From an uncultured Bacteroidales bacterium (GTDB lineage: Bacteria > Bacteroidota > Bacteroidia > Bacteroidales > JACABE01): a DNA stretch of 47,010 nt. The DNA lies in contig CAIUKU010000192.1 of assembly GCA_903899825.1 (NCBI GenBank), forward strand, positions 1 to 47,010. The letters run 5' to 3'. The notes under the pieces are model-generated. The model ran no database searches, was not told the origin of the DNA, and worked only from the letters and a program-made list of their open reading frames with translations. The position numbers and the translations under genes are program-made. This document shows, piece after piece, positions 36,646-45,443 of the stretch (position 1 is the stretch's first letter; every line of letters starts with the position of its first letter).

Positions 36646-37227
36646 ATGACAATAAATAAAGTTATCTAAATTATCGAAAATTTCTAATACTTTATTTCTT
36701 TTTATTTTAGTTTTCGATTTTGAAATAATTGCCTGATATGAAGAATATTTATAATTCCCTATACCAATACCCAAATCTAAAGGATTTGAATGAATATAAA
36801 GAATTAAATTTTTTAAATACTCTTCAGAAGTTATTTTAATTCTTTTAAAAGGCGATTCCAAAAGATTACCATGTCTTTTTTTTACTTTATTATACGATTG
36901 GCTATAACTACTTATCAATTTCCCAATTTGTTTACTTACAATATTTGTTGTCGAATGCAATCCAGCGTTTGACTTTGAAATGTTCTTTAAAGTATTATTG
37001 GCAAATTCCTCGATTTCGGCAATAGATTTTACCTTTATTAAAAAATGAAAATGATTTGGCATTAAACAATAGCAATAAATATCGCAAAGCTCATCAAGAT
37101 ATTTTGCAAATTTTTGAAGAAAAAACAAATAATTCTCGTCTGTATCAAAAATTACACATCCATTAATTCCTCTGTTATAAATATGATAAAAACAATCGGG
37201 TTCAAGTATTTCGTTTCGTATGTTCAT
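36544..37227 (-). CDS. Y1 HUH transposase of the REP-associated (RAYT) / IS200-like family
   Basis: 227 aa. It carries the N-terminal YHIYNRG motif, the HUH motif in CLMPNHFHFLIKV and a catalytic Tyr context ILYIHSNPL. It is flanked by palindromes on both sides. Confidence 0.8.
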   Translation of the reverse strand: MNIRNEILEPDCFYHIYNRGINGCVIFDTDENYLFFLQKFAKYLDELCDIYCYCLMPNHFHFLIKVKSIAEIEEFANNTLKNISKSNAGLHSTTNIVSKQIGKLISSYSQSYNKVKKRHGNLLESPFKRIKITSEEYLKNLILYIHSNPLDLGIGIGNYKYSSYQAIISKSKTKIKRNKVLEIFDNLDNFIYCHISLSNQVKPMSTFKTLTLVIEFPFEVLLNNIGE

Positions 37228-37310
37228 TTTATCTTTTTTACTTTTACCATTCTAAAACCTAACATTGGCATTGTAACCATTGTCAAAGTTTAAAACTTTG
37301 ACAATGGTTA
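36592..37310 (-). mobile_element. RAYT/IS200-like unit bounded by subterminal palindromes (~720 bp)
   Basis: The palindromes at 36592-36624 and 37274-37310 share the core TGTCAAAGTTT(T/A)AAACTTTGACA and bracket a single Y1 transposase gene. The size is similar to IS200-type elements. Confidence 0.5.
37274..37310. repeat. Perfect 37-nt palindrome HP3
   Basis: TAACCATTGTCAAAGTTT-A-AAACTTTGACAATGGTTA, located 47 nt upstream of the RAYT ATG. Confidence 0.85.
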
Positions 37311-37372
37311 CACTACCTTGCTACTAAAAATTATTTTACACTTATCATCTTTTAAACCGCAATTCATTGCGT

Positions 37373-37443
37373 TTATTCCCCACAAATATACAACAATTCT
37401 ATTCTCTTATATTTTATTTAACAAAACCTCAAAAGGGAATAAA
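37373..37443. repeat. Direct repeat copy 3 (left ~70 bp of the repeat only, no palindrome after it)
   Basis: GTTTATTCCCCACAAATATACAACAATTCTATTCTCTTATATTTTATTTAACAAAACCTCAAAAGGGAAT aligns with the first ~70 bp of copies 1 and 2. Confidence 0.8.
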
Positions 37444-37550
37444 TTAGTATTGCAAAGAGTACCTAAATTAATTTACTAAATGGCTAAAATAATTTATCAA
37501 AATACAACGTTATCTACTGAATAATTGTCTACTAAAATTTAGGTCTTACA

Positions 37551-39542
37551 ATGAAGCAAATCGTCTTTTTACTTTGTTTGTGTTTATCGTTGCAGGTTTT
37601 CAGCCAGGAAAAATGGCAACATAAAATAAATGGTTTCAACACCAATTATGGTGTAGTATTGCAAAAAGCTGACAGCAATGGCTGGATGGTAGCAAGCAAT
37701 ACAAAATCTTTTTCAACAGCCGGTAACAAGAATGAAATCGTAATCATTCGTTTTAACAAATGCGGCAACATAAGCTGGTCGTACAGATATGGTTCAGATA
37801 CTGCTTCGATAACAATGACCGATATGATTAACGATAACGGAGGAAACCTTGTATTGACGGGCTCTTATTCTTCTCCTGACGATGTTACTTATAATGCCAA
37901 GGCATTTATAATGAAGCTTACGCCAAATGGTAGTGTTGTCTGGAAAAAAGTTTTTAATCTGTCGGGAGTAGCATATATATATTCTGTAGGTCAAACCAAT
38001 GATGGAGGATATTTCATCTTTTCAAATCATGATAATAATGGGGGTGCTCTCCCCTATAATTCCATTTCTAAAATTAGTTCCACCGGCAATCTGGTTTGGT
38101 ACAGGCATTATGACGATAATCCCATCTGGGGTTCAGCCATCAAAACTACTGATGGAGGCATTTTAATCAGAAGTGGCAATTTAATATACAAACTGAATGC
38201 AAGTGGCAGCGTTTTGTGGTCCAACACTTATAATGATATACACTATACAACTAAACCAATTGAGGTCAACGGACAGTATATCTTTGCGTCCTACCCTACT
38301 ACACCCTCCGATAGTGTTTCCTGTCTTTTTTCGCTCTCATCTGCCGGGAATCTGAACTGGATTTCTCCCGGCTTTAATTCAGTTTCCGTTAAATCCCTTA
38401 AAAAACTGAGTAACGGAAATCTGCTGGCTACCGGAAGTATACGCACAACTGCTTCCTCTACTTCAAAAATATGCATCACCGAGTTTAGTTCTACAGGATC
38501 AATTATTCAGCAACAATGCATTAATGCTTCCCCGCAACAATTGCCTACGAGTGGTAATGACTTTATTGAACTCGATAATCAGGCTGTAATCTGTGCCACT
38601 ATCGAACGAAACGGGACGAATGATAGTTTAATCCTTCTTAAAAGCAGCACATTCAGCGATTTCTCCTGTTCACAGGCAATCAACTCCGCTGCCCTTCCTC
38701 AACCACAAATAAGTATTACACCCTATAGTGTTTCTTCTACCTTGATATTAAATCAGGATTTTGTACCTGATATCAGAAAAAATACCTTTACTCCAGCCAT
38801 GACAATGAATTGCTTTGTTCCCGATACAAATGCTATTCATCTGGGAAACGATACTACATTGTGTCAGAATCAGCATCTCATTTTAAAAACCGGCCTGGGA
38901 GCTAACTATCAGTTTATATGGTCTACCGGAGAAACGACTTCTTCTATAACGATTCACCAGGAAGGAACCTATTGGGTAAAAGCCTATAATTGCGATACCA
39001 TTTCAGATACAATTGTTGTTAATTATGTCACTCCTTTAACCATCAACTATTCAATATCTCCTTTAATTACAAATCCATATACTTTGGTAAGGTTTGAGAA
39101 TTTTACCCATCCCTATGCTCACATAAGTTGGCAAACCGGCGATGGACACACTTTTACTTCTGATATTTTTCAACATCAGTACACGAATGGTGGAATTTAT
39201 TATCCGGTACTGACCATAACAGATCTTTACGGTTGTCAATACACCGCTCAGTCTAAAGTAATAGTAGATGAAGTTACATTTTACATCCCCAATAGCTTTT
39301 CACCCAATGCTGATGGAAGCAATGATGTATTTATTCCTAAATGCACCGGTGTGGAACATTATGAAATTTATATTTACAGCCGTTGGGGTGAAGAAATTTT
39401 TTCAGGGGTAAATATTGGCTGGGACGGGAAATTAAATGGAAATATAGAGGCAACACAAGGCGTCTATAATTATAAAATCATCCTCAAAGATATATTCGGT
39501 AAGGAAAGCATCCGAAGCGGAGCCATTACCTTGTTCAGATAA
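37551..39542 (+). CDS. Secreted protein with a PKD domain and a T9SS type B sorting domain (gliding motility-associated C-terminal domain)
   Basis: 663 aa with a signal peptide (MKQIVFLLCLCLSLQVFSQ). The PKD-like segment is FENFTHP...WQTGDGHT...YTNGGIYYPVLTITDLYGC. The C-terminal segment is FYIPNSFSPNADGSNDVFIP...IYSRWGEEIF...WDGKLNG...GVYNYKI. Confidence 0.82.
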   Translation: MKQIVFLLCLCLSLQVFSQEKWQHKINGFNTNYGVVLQKADSNGWMVASNTKSFSTAGNKNEIVIIRFNKCGNISWSYRYGSDTASITMTDMINDNGGNLVLTGSYSSPDDVTYNAKAFIMKLTPNGSVVWKKVFNLSGVAYIYSVGQTNDGGYFIFSNHDNNGGALPYNSISKISSTGNLVWYRHYDDNPIWGSAIKTTDGGILIRSGNLIYKLNASGSVLWSNTYNDIHYTTKPIEVNGQYIFASYPTTPSDSVSCLFSLSSAGNLNWISPGFNSVSVKSLKKLSNGNLLATGSIRTTASSTSKICITEFSSTGSIIQQQCINASPQQLPTSGNDFIELDNQAVICATIERNGTNDSLILLKSSTFSDFSCSQAINSAALPQPQISITPYSVSSTLILNQDFVPDIRKNTFTPAMTMNCFVPDTNAIHLGNDTTLCQNQHLILKTGLGANYQFIWSTGETTSSITIHQEGTYWVKAYNCDTISDTIVVNYVTPLTINYSISPLITNPYTLVRFENFTHPYAHISWQTGDGHTFTSDIFQHQYTNGGIYYPVLTITDLYGCQYTAQSKVIVDEVTFYIPNSFSPNADGSNDVFIPKCTGVEHYEIYIYSRWGEEIFSGVNIGWDGKLNGNIEATQGVYNYKIILKDIFGKESIRSGAITLFR

Positions 39543-39567
39543 AAGGCTGATCAACCAAAATATGTCT

Positions 39568-41967
39568 TTAAAATTCCACAATTATACCAATGGTTGGCAA
39601 TACATTGCCAGAATAATCATTTATTTTCCTTAAAACATATTTTGTATTGTCATTGGGGTCAACAGCAATGTTTCCATCTATATCAAGATTTGTATAAATA
39701 GGCTGCTGTTCTGATTTATATGCCAATAAATTTTGAATATCCAGATAAATATTCAGCGACCATTTTTTGAAGAAGTATTGCTTATCAACCCTTATGTCTA
39801 ATTGATTAAAATCACTCAATCTTTCAGAATTAAACGCATCGTAATTCAGATAAGCCCTTCCTCTTGAATCCCATATACTTCGTTTTGAAGATTGGACAAA
39901 ATCAACAGGCGTATAAGGAGCACCACCTACATAACGCCATTTAGCACCAATGTCCCAATTTTTACCTAATTCTTTTTTCAATGTAAGATTCATGATATGC
40001 TTATTGTCCCATGCTGAGGGAATAAACGCATCATTCTTTTCTTTAAATTCACTTCTTACAAATGTATAGGATAGTATCACATTAAAACCCATTAAGTCGA
40101 TATTACGATAATACAATTCAAATCCATATGCTCTCCCTTCTGAGGTTGAAGTAACCTCTTCATCTCCAAATGTACCGTAGTCAGCTCCTTTGCTGGCAAT
40201 TGAAACAGAATCATTCACTGAAAAAGGATAATTGTGATACAGTTTATAAAAACCTTCAAGGCTCAATTTAGCCTTTTCATTAAATAAATAATCAATCCCT
40301 GTTACAAAATGATCTACGGATATGTATGTAATTTCATTTTGTTTGTTCACTAAATTCCCTATGTTATCACGAAAACCCAATGTTGTGTAGGTAGGTCTTT
40401 GATAATACCTTCCCGTATTAGCATTCAAAAATAATTTCTCTGTAAGTGAATAAGAGGCTGAAATGCGGGGTGAAATCTGATTGAGCAAATTTGACATTTT
40501 TTCATCATAATTATTTGCATCCATTCTAATACCTAATGAAAGTGTTAATCTGTCGGCAAAAAAGGATTTACTGATTTGGCCAAAAGCATTCCAGACAAAC
40601 AAATCTATTTTAGAATCGTAATTGATAGTTATCAAACTGTCTTTCACAAATAATTTCTGAAAGGTTTTGTTATTATACCGGTTGTATTCCAACCCGGCTC
40701 CAAATGTAAGCTTATAATCCAATGTATGTTTGTTTCTTTCGAATCTGAATTTATTTTCAATTTCATCAGAAGTATAATTCAGTATTTTAGATTTTGATTC
40801 ATCATTATCTGGGTATTTGAAGGATGTATTTCTAAGCATGTTTCTGCTAAGTATATAAGTATCATAAGACTTAGTTCTATAATGTTTGTAAACACCTCCA
40901 ACAGCATAGTTCCACTGCTCAAAAACAGGCAAATATCCTAAAATGTATTTTTGGTTTTCATCAGGATTTTTAATGCCGGTATTTAAATTGAACTGGTCTA
41001 TAGCTCCGATACCTATGACAGTTAATTCATTTTTTAAATCAAATTTTGTTTTTGACTTCCATTGAAAATCATTGTACGTGGGTAAAAATGGCAATCCCAA
41101 TGCACTAAACAAGAACTGGAGATAAGACCTTCGGGCAGAAAAAATAAAAGTTGTTTTTTTTAAGATAGGGCCGTCAAGGGTCAAAGCTAAATCAGAAGCC
41201 CCTATTGAAGCTTTAAATTTAAGTTTATCCGGATTCCCATCAATCAACCGCATATCTAAAAACGAACTTAGTGCATTCCCTTTATTGGCAGGAAACGCAC
41301 CTGAATAGAATTCAATTTCTCTCAGAAAATCTACATTTATAATCCCCACCGGTCCACCTGAGGCACCCTGAGTGGAAAAATGGTTAAGATTAGGAATTTC
41401 AATTCCATCCAGATAAAACCTGTTTTCGCTGGAACCACCACCTCTTACTATAACATCATTTCGGAAAGCAGGAGTAGAGGCAACACCGGGTAAGGATTGC
41501 AAAACTTTTGAAATATCACGGTTCCCACCGGGACTTTTTTCAATTTCTGCAATACCTATACTTTTCATTGATAGCGGACTTTCTTCGTCACGGGTAAATG
41601 TTGTTGTTTTTATCTCAACTTCAGCCAATCTGATAGCAACTTCATGCATAGGAATATCAACATATTTGGTCTTGCCGCTAATTACCATAAATTCAGTACT
41701 TAAAAACTTTTCAAAACCAACTGTTGTAGCAGCTATTTTTACATATCCGGGTTTAACACCGGTAAAATGGAAATTACCGTCCAAATCAGAAGATACTCCT
41801 ATATTACTTCCACTGATGATTAGGTTGGCAAATGGAATCGATTCATTGTTTTTTGAATTGTAAATTCTGCCTTTTATACTTCCGTTTTGAGCAAAAATAG
41901 TATTACTGGCTAAAAAAAAAAATATTATAGCAAGTTTTGTGATAACTAATTGTGTTGTTTTTCTCAT
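39568..41967 (-). CDS. TonB-dependent receptor with an N-terminal carboxypeptidase-regulatory-like domain
   Basis: 799 aa with a signal peptide. The CarboxypepD_reg-like segment is GSIKGRIYNSKNNESIPFANLII. A plug region (SPGGNRDISKVLQSLPGV) and a beta-barrel ending in aromatic EF are present. Confidence 0.82.
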   Translation of the reverse strand: MRKTTQLVITKLAIIFFFLASNTIFAQNGSIKGRIYNSKNNESIPFANLIISGSNIGVSSDLDGNFHFTGVKPGYVKIAATTVGFEKFLSTEFMVISGKTKYVDIPMHEVAIRLAEVEIKTTTFTRDEESPLSMKSIGIAEIEKSPGGNRDISKVLQSLPGVASTPAFRNDVIVRGGGSSENRFYLDGIEIPNLNHFSTQGASGGPVGIINVDFLREIEFYSGAFPANKGNALSSFLDMRLIDGNPDKLKFKASIGASDLALTLDGPILKKTTFIFSARRSYLQFLFSALGLPFLPTYNDFQWKSKTKFDLKNELTVIGIGAIDQFNLNTGIKNPDENQKYILGYLPVFEQWNYAVGGVYKHYRTKSYDTYILSRNMLRNTSFKYPDNDESKSKILNYTSDEIENKFRFERNKHTLDYKLTFGAGLEYNRYNNKTFQKLFVKDSLITINYDSKIDLFVWNAFGQISKSFFADRLTLSLGIRMDANNYDEKMSNLLNQISPRISASYSLTEKLFLNANTGRYYQRPTYTTLGFRDNIGNLVNKQNEITYISVDHFVTGIDYLFNEKAKLSLEGFYKLYHNYPFSVNDSVSIASKGADYGTFGDEEVTSTSEGRAYGFELYYRNIDLMGFNVILSYTFVRSEFKEKNDAFIPSAWDNKHIMNLTLKKELGKNWDIGAKWRYVGGAPYTPVDFVQSSKRSIWDSRGRAYLNYDAFNSERLSDFNQLDIRVDKQYFFKKWSLNIYLDIQNLLAYKSEQQPIYTNLDIDGNIAVDPNDNTKYVLRKINDYSGNVLPTIGIIVEF

Positions 41968-42246
41968 ATTTTCATTGTTTTCCTATGATATTGCTCAGAA
42001 TAACAAAAAAAAAATACTTATGTTCATTCATATAAATTCCTATAAAACAATGACCTGTAAAATCTTTTGAAAAATAAACTAAAAAAAGTTAAAAAAAATT
42101 AAAAAATAATTGGATTTCATCTCAAAAAATGATTAACATTGCAATACAATTTGAGAAAAAAATAAGTTAGTTACGATGAAATAGTTGAAACTCTATATAT
42201 CATCCACTTAAAATTAACAACATTTATTAATTAAACTTAACTTTCT

Positions 42247-45200
42247 ATGAGAAAAATTTCATTTTTACTTGTCGCCCTCTTATTGATGGGAATGCAGGTG
42301 ATTCAAGCACAAAAAGTTATCACAGGAAAGGTAACTGGTGCTGACGATGGAGCTGGGATTCCTGGCGTCCAGATTGTTGTAAAAGGAACTTTATTTGGTA
42401 CTACCACAGATATTGATGGTAAATACCGTATAACAGTTCCTGAAAAATCTGATTTTCTTATTTTTACTTTTGTGGGAATGAAAACCCAGGAAATAAAAAT
42501 CGGAAGCAAAAACACTATAGATGTAGTAATGGCATCCGACATTATGAATCTCGATGCTGTGATTGTTACTGCTATTGGGGTAAAAAAACAAGAGAAAAAT
42601 CTTGGATACTCAGCAACACAGGTTAATGCGGATGAGATCATGAAATCCCGCGACAGAAGCCCTATGAATGCATTACAAGGCAAGGTTGCCGGGGTAAACA
42701 TCTCCACAGCTTCTTCCAGCCCGGGTGCTTCCACCAGGGTAATTTCCAGGGGCTTCTCTTCACTAACAGGTAGCAATCAGGCATTGTACGTTGTTGATGG
42801 TGTTCCAATTAATAATTCTTCTATCGGAAGTACCGATATCAATGGAGGAACTGACTTTGGGAACAGAGGCAATGACATCAATCCTGATGACATTGAAAGT
42901 ATTTCTTTCCTTAAAGGATCTTCTGCTTCCATACTTTACGGTTCGAGAGCTGCAAATGGGGTTATTGTGATTACTACCAAGAAAGGGAAAGATCTTGTTA
43001 GAGGCGTTAAGAAAAAAGGTGCTGATGTTACATTTACAACTTCATTTTTTGGAGAAACACCATTGCGTATGCCAACCTTCCAAAATCAATTCGGAGAAGG
43101 TTTCAATGGCAAACCTGACTTAATTGAAAATACAAGCTGGGGTGCTAAATTTGACGGAGTTCCAAGGGTTTGGGGTCATACTGTGGACAATCAACAACAG
43201 ATTAAACCTTACAAAGCACTGCCTAATAACGTTAGAGACTTCTTTGATTTGGGAACTACTTTTGACAATTCAATTTCAATAGCAAATTCAACAGACAAAT
43301 CAAGTTATTACTTTTCTTATTCTAACTTAAGTGCTGATGGAATTTTTCCAACCAATGCGGATAGTTACAAAAGAAATACACTCTCATTGAGAGGAACTGC
43401 AAAATTAGACAATAATTTTACAAGCTCTGGAAGCATTTCATATGTGAAGAAAAAAAGCAAATTTGTTCCTACCGGACAGGATCAATCGGTTTATGACAAC
43501 ATCATGCAGACACCAAGAGATATCAGCATAGTTGATCAGGAAGATTATAACAGTCAATGGTACAATCTGGACAATTATTACAATGGCTATGCAGCAAATC
43601 CTTATTATGTATTGAATGAACATGGTAACGACTTCAACGAAGACCGTGTTTTTGGAAATATAGGACTGGATTATAAATTCAATGACTGGATCAACGCAAG
43701 CTGGAAAGTTGGATCAGATGTATCTAATTCTCAGTTAAAAGAATGGAGAGCTATCACAAATTATGTAAGAAATGATTATAACGATGATCCAGGTACTGTT
43801 TCTGAACAAACCTATTTTAACCGTGAATTCAACAGTGATCTTATTCTGACCTTTAACCGCAGCCTGAATCCAGACATTGAATTCAATGGATTGCTTGGTT
43901 GGAATGTAAACCAAAGAAACTCAAAAACATTACAGGCAGAAGTAATCGGATTAAATATTCCTTATTTCTACAATCTGTCCAATAGTTCTTCAACATCATC
44001 TGTCTTAGAGACTGAAATGATGAGAAGATTATATGGGGTTTATATGAGTGCAGCTTTCAATTACAAAAAATATCTGAACTTAGAAATCAATGCAAGAAAC
44101 GACTGGTCTTCGACTTTACCCGAAGAAAACCGTTCTTTCTTTTATCCTGGTGTAAATGCATCTTTTGTTTTTACAGAATTTTATCCTGAAATTACAAATA
44201 TTATTCCTTTTGGTAAAATCAGAGCCAATTGGGCCCAGGTTGGAAATGATGCCAATCCTTACCTTATTTTTAATTCATTTACACAAGCCAATTATGTTGA
44301 TGGATATCGTGGTTTAGACTGGCCTTTGGGTGGAATTAATGCTTTAACAGTTGGAAACACAATTGGAAATCCTGATTTAAAACCTGAAATTACCTCCGAA
44401 TTTGAAATCGGAACTGATTTACGCTTTCTAAATAACAGACTCGGTATAGATTTCACTTATTACAACAAAATTACTACCGATTTAATTTACCCTGTGCCTC
44501 TCGCTTATTCAAGCGGATACAGATTCCAGACCATGAATCTCGGCAAAATCTCAAACAAAGGGGTTGAAATACTCGTAAAAGGTACTCCTGTTAAAATGAA
44601 AAACTTTACCTGGAATGTTTCAGTAAATTTCTCTAAAAACACCAATTTACTTGAAGAGTTGAATTCAGAACTCACCAAAGTTGATTTAGGTGGAACCAGC
44701 CGTTTGGGATTTGTAGCTGTACCCGGACAACCCCTGGGAATGTTCGAAGGAGCTGTAGCTTTAACTGATGGTCAGGGTCACGTAGTAGTAGATGCAAGTG
44801 GTTTACCTGTTGCAGATCCTGTGAATCAAATACTGGGAAGTTCTGAATATGATTGGGTAGGTGGTATTTCTAATACATTAACCTATAAAAACTTATCATT
44901 GTTCTTCTCATTTGATATTCGTCAGGGTGGTTTAATGTATTCACGTACCAAGGAAATTATGTATTTTGCAGGAACCGCTCCGGCAACAACCTACAACGAT
45001 CGTCAGCCTTTTATAATTCCAAATTCAGTTCAGGCAACTTACGGTCCTAATGGAGAAATCACAGGTTATATTGAAAATACAACAGCTATTTCTCACGAAG
45101 CAGCAACTTTGTATCAATATTATGACCAAACCAGAGGTGCCGGTAACTTTGCCCGTGAATGGTTAATCAATAAATCATTTGTCAAATTGCGTGAAGTAGT

Positions 45201-45423
45201 AATTTCCTACAACTTCCCTAAAAAATGGCTGGCAAAAACTCCTTTTGGAGAAGCTTCTTTCAGTATTATCGGACGAAACTTACTCTTATTTACACCTGAA
45301 GATAATCAATTTATAGATCCTGAGTTAACTACATTCGGTAACGATCTAAATGCTGATTATGGTGAATTTAGTGCAGCTCCTACTACAAGAAGTTTCGGTG
45401 CAAGTTTACGTTTTACTTTTTAA
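42247..45423 (+). CDS. SusC/RagA family TonB-linked outer membrane protein
   Basis: 1058 aa with a signal peptide. The CarboxypepD_reg-like N-terminus is ITGKVTGADDGAGIPGVQIVVKGT. The plug carries the SusC-type motif region (NALQGKVAGVNI; ALYVVDGVP; ILKGSSASILYGSRAANGVIVITTKKG). The barrel ends in RFTF. Confidence 0.92.
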   Translation: MRKISFLLVALLLMGMQVIQAQKVITGKVTGADDGAGIPGVQIVVKGTLFGTTTDIDGKYRITVPEKSDFLIFTFVGMKTQEIKIGSKNTIDVVMASDIMNLDAVIVTAIGVKKQEKNLGYSATQVNADEIMKSRDRSPMNALQGKVAGVNISTASSSPGASTRVISRGFSSLTGSNQALYVVDGVPINNSSIGSTDINGGTDFGNRGNDINPDDIESISFLKGSSASILYGSRAANGVIVITTKKGKDLVRGVKKKGADVTFTTSFFGETPLRMPTFQNQFGEGFNGKPDLIENTSWGAKFDGVPRVWGHTVDNQQQIKPYKALPNNVRDFFDLGTTFDNSISIANSTDKSSYYFSYSNLSADGIFPTNADSYKRNTLSLRGTAKLDNNFTSSGSISYVKKKSKFVPTGQDQSVYDNIMQTPRDISIVDQEDYNSQWYNLDNYYNGYAANPYYVLNEHGNDFNEDRVFGNIGLDYKFNDWINASWKVGSDVSNSQLKEWRAITNYVRNDYNDDPGTVSEQTYFNREFNSDLILTFNRSLNPDIEFNGLLGWNVNQRNSKTLQAEVIGLNIPYFYNLSNSSSTSSVLETEMMRRLYGVYMSAAFNYKKYLNLEINARNDWSSTLPEENRSFFYPGVNASFVFTEFYPEITNIIPFGKIRANWAQVGNDANPYLIFNSFTQANYVDGYRGLDWPLGGINALTVGNTIGNPDLKPEITSEFEIGTDLRFLNNRLGIDFTYYNKITTDLIYPVPLAYSSGYRFQTMNLGKISNKGVEILVKGTPVKMKNFTWNVSVNFSKNTNLLEELNSELTKVDLGGTSRLGFVAVPGQPLGMFEGAVALTDGQGHVVVDASGLPVADPVNQILGSSEYDWVGGISNTLTYKNLSLFFSFDIRQGGLMYSRTKEIMYFAGTAPATTYNDRQPFIIPNSVQATYGPNGEITGYIENTTAISHEAATLYQYYDQTRGAGNFAREWLINKSFVKLREVVISYNFPKKWLAKTPFGEASFSIIGRNLLLFTPEDNQFIDPELTTFGNDLNADYGEFSAAPTTRSFGASLRFTF

Positions 45424-45443
45424 TAATTTAAAAAAACATAAAA

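Noticed and set aside
41968-42246. Riboswitch (for example cobalamin) upstream of the TonB-dependent receptor or the SusC-like gene.
   Set aside because: The region is extremely AT-rich, with A/T homopolymer runs and none of the GC-rich paired elements expected for such riboswitches.
42303-42776. 157-aa antisense ORF inside the SusC-like gene. Similar nested antisense ORFs occur elsewhere, for example 28374-28730 in nqrC, 30254-30547 at the nqrF start, 35211-35531, 17115-17405 and 12934-13224.
   Set aside because: Each lies fully within, or opposite to, a CDS with strong family motifs. There are no independent motifs, so these are typical shadow ORFs.
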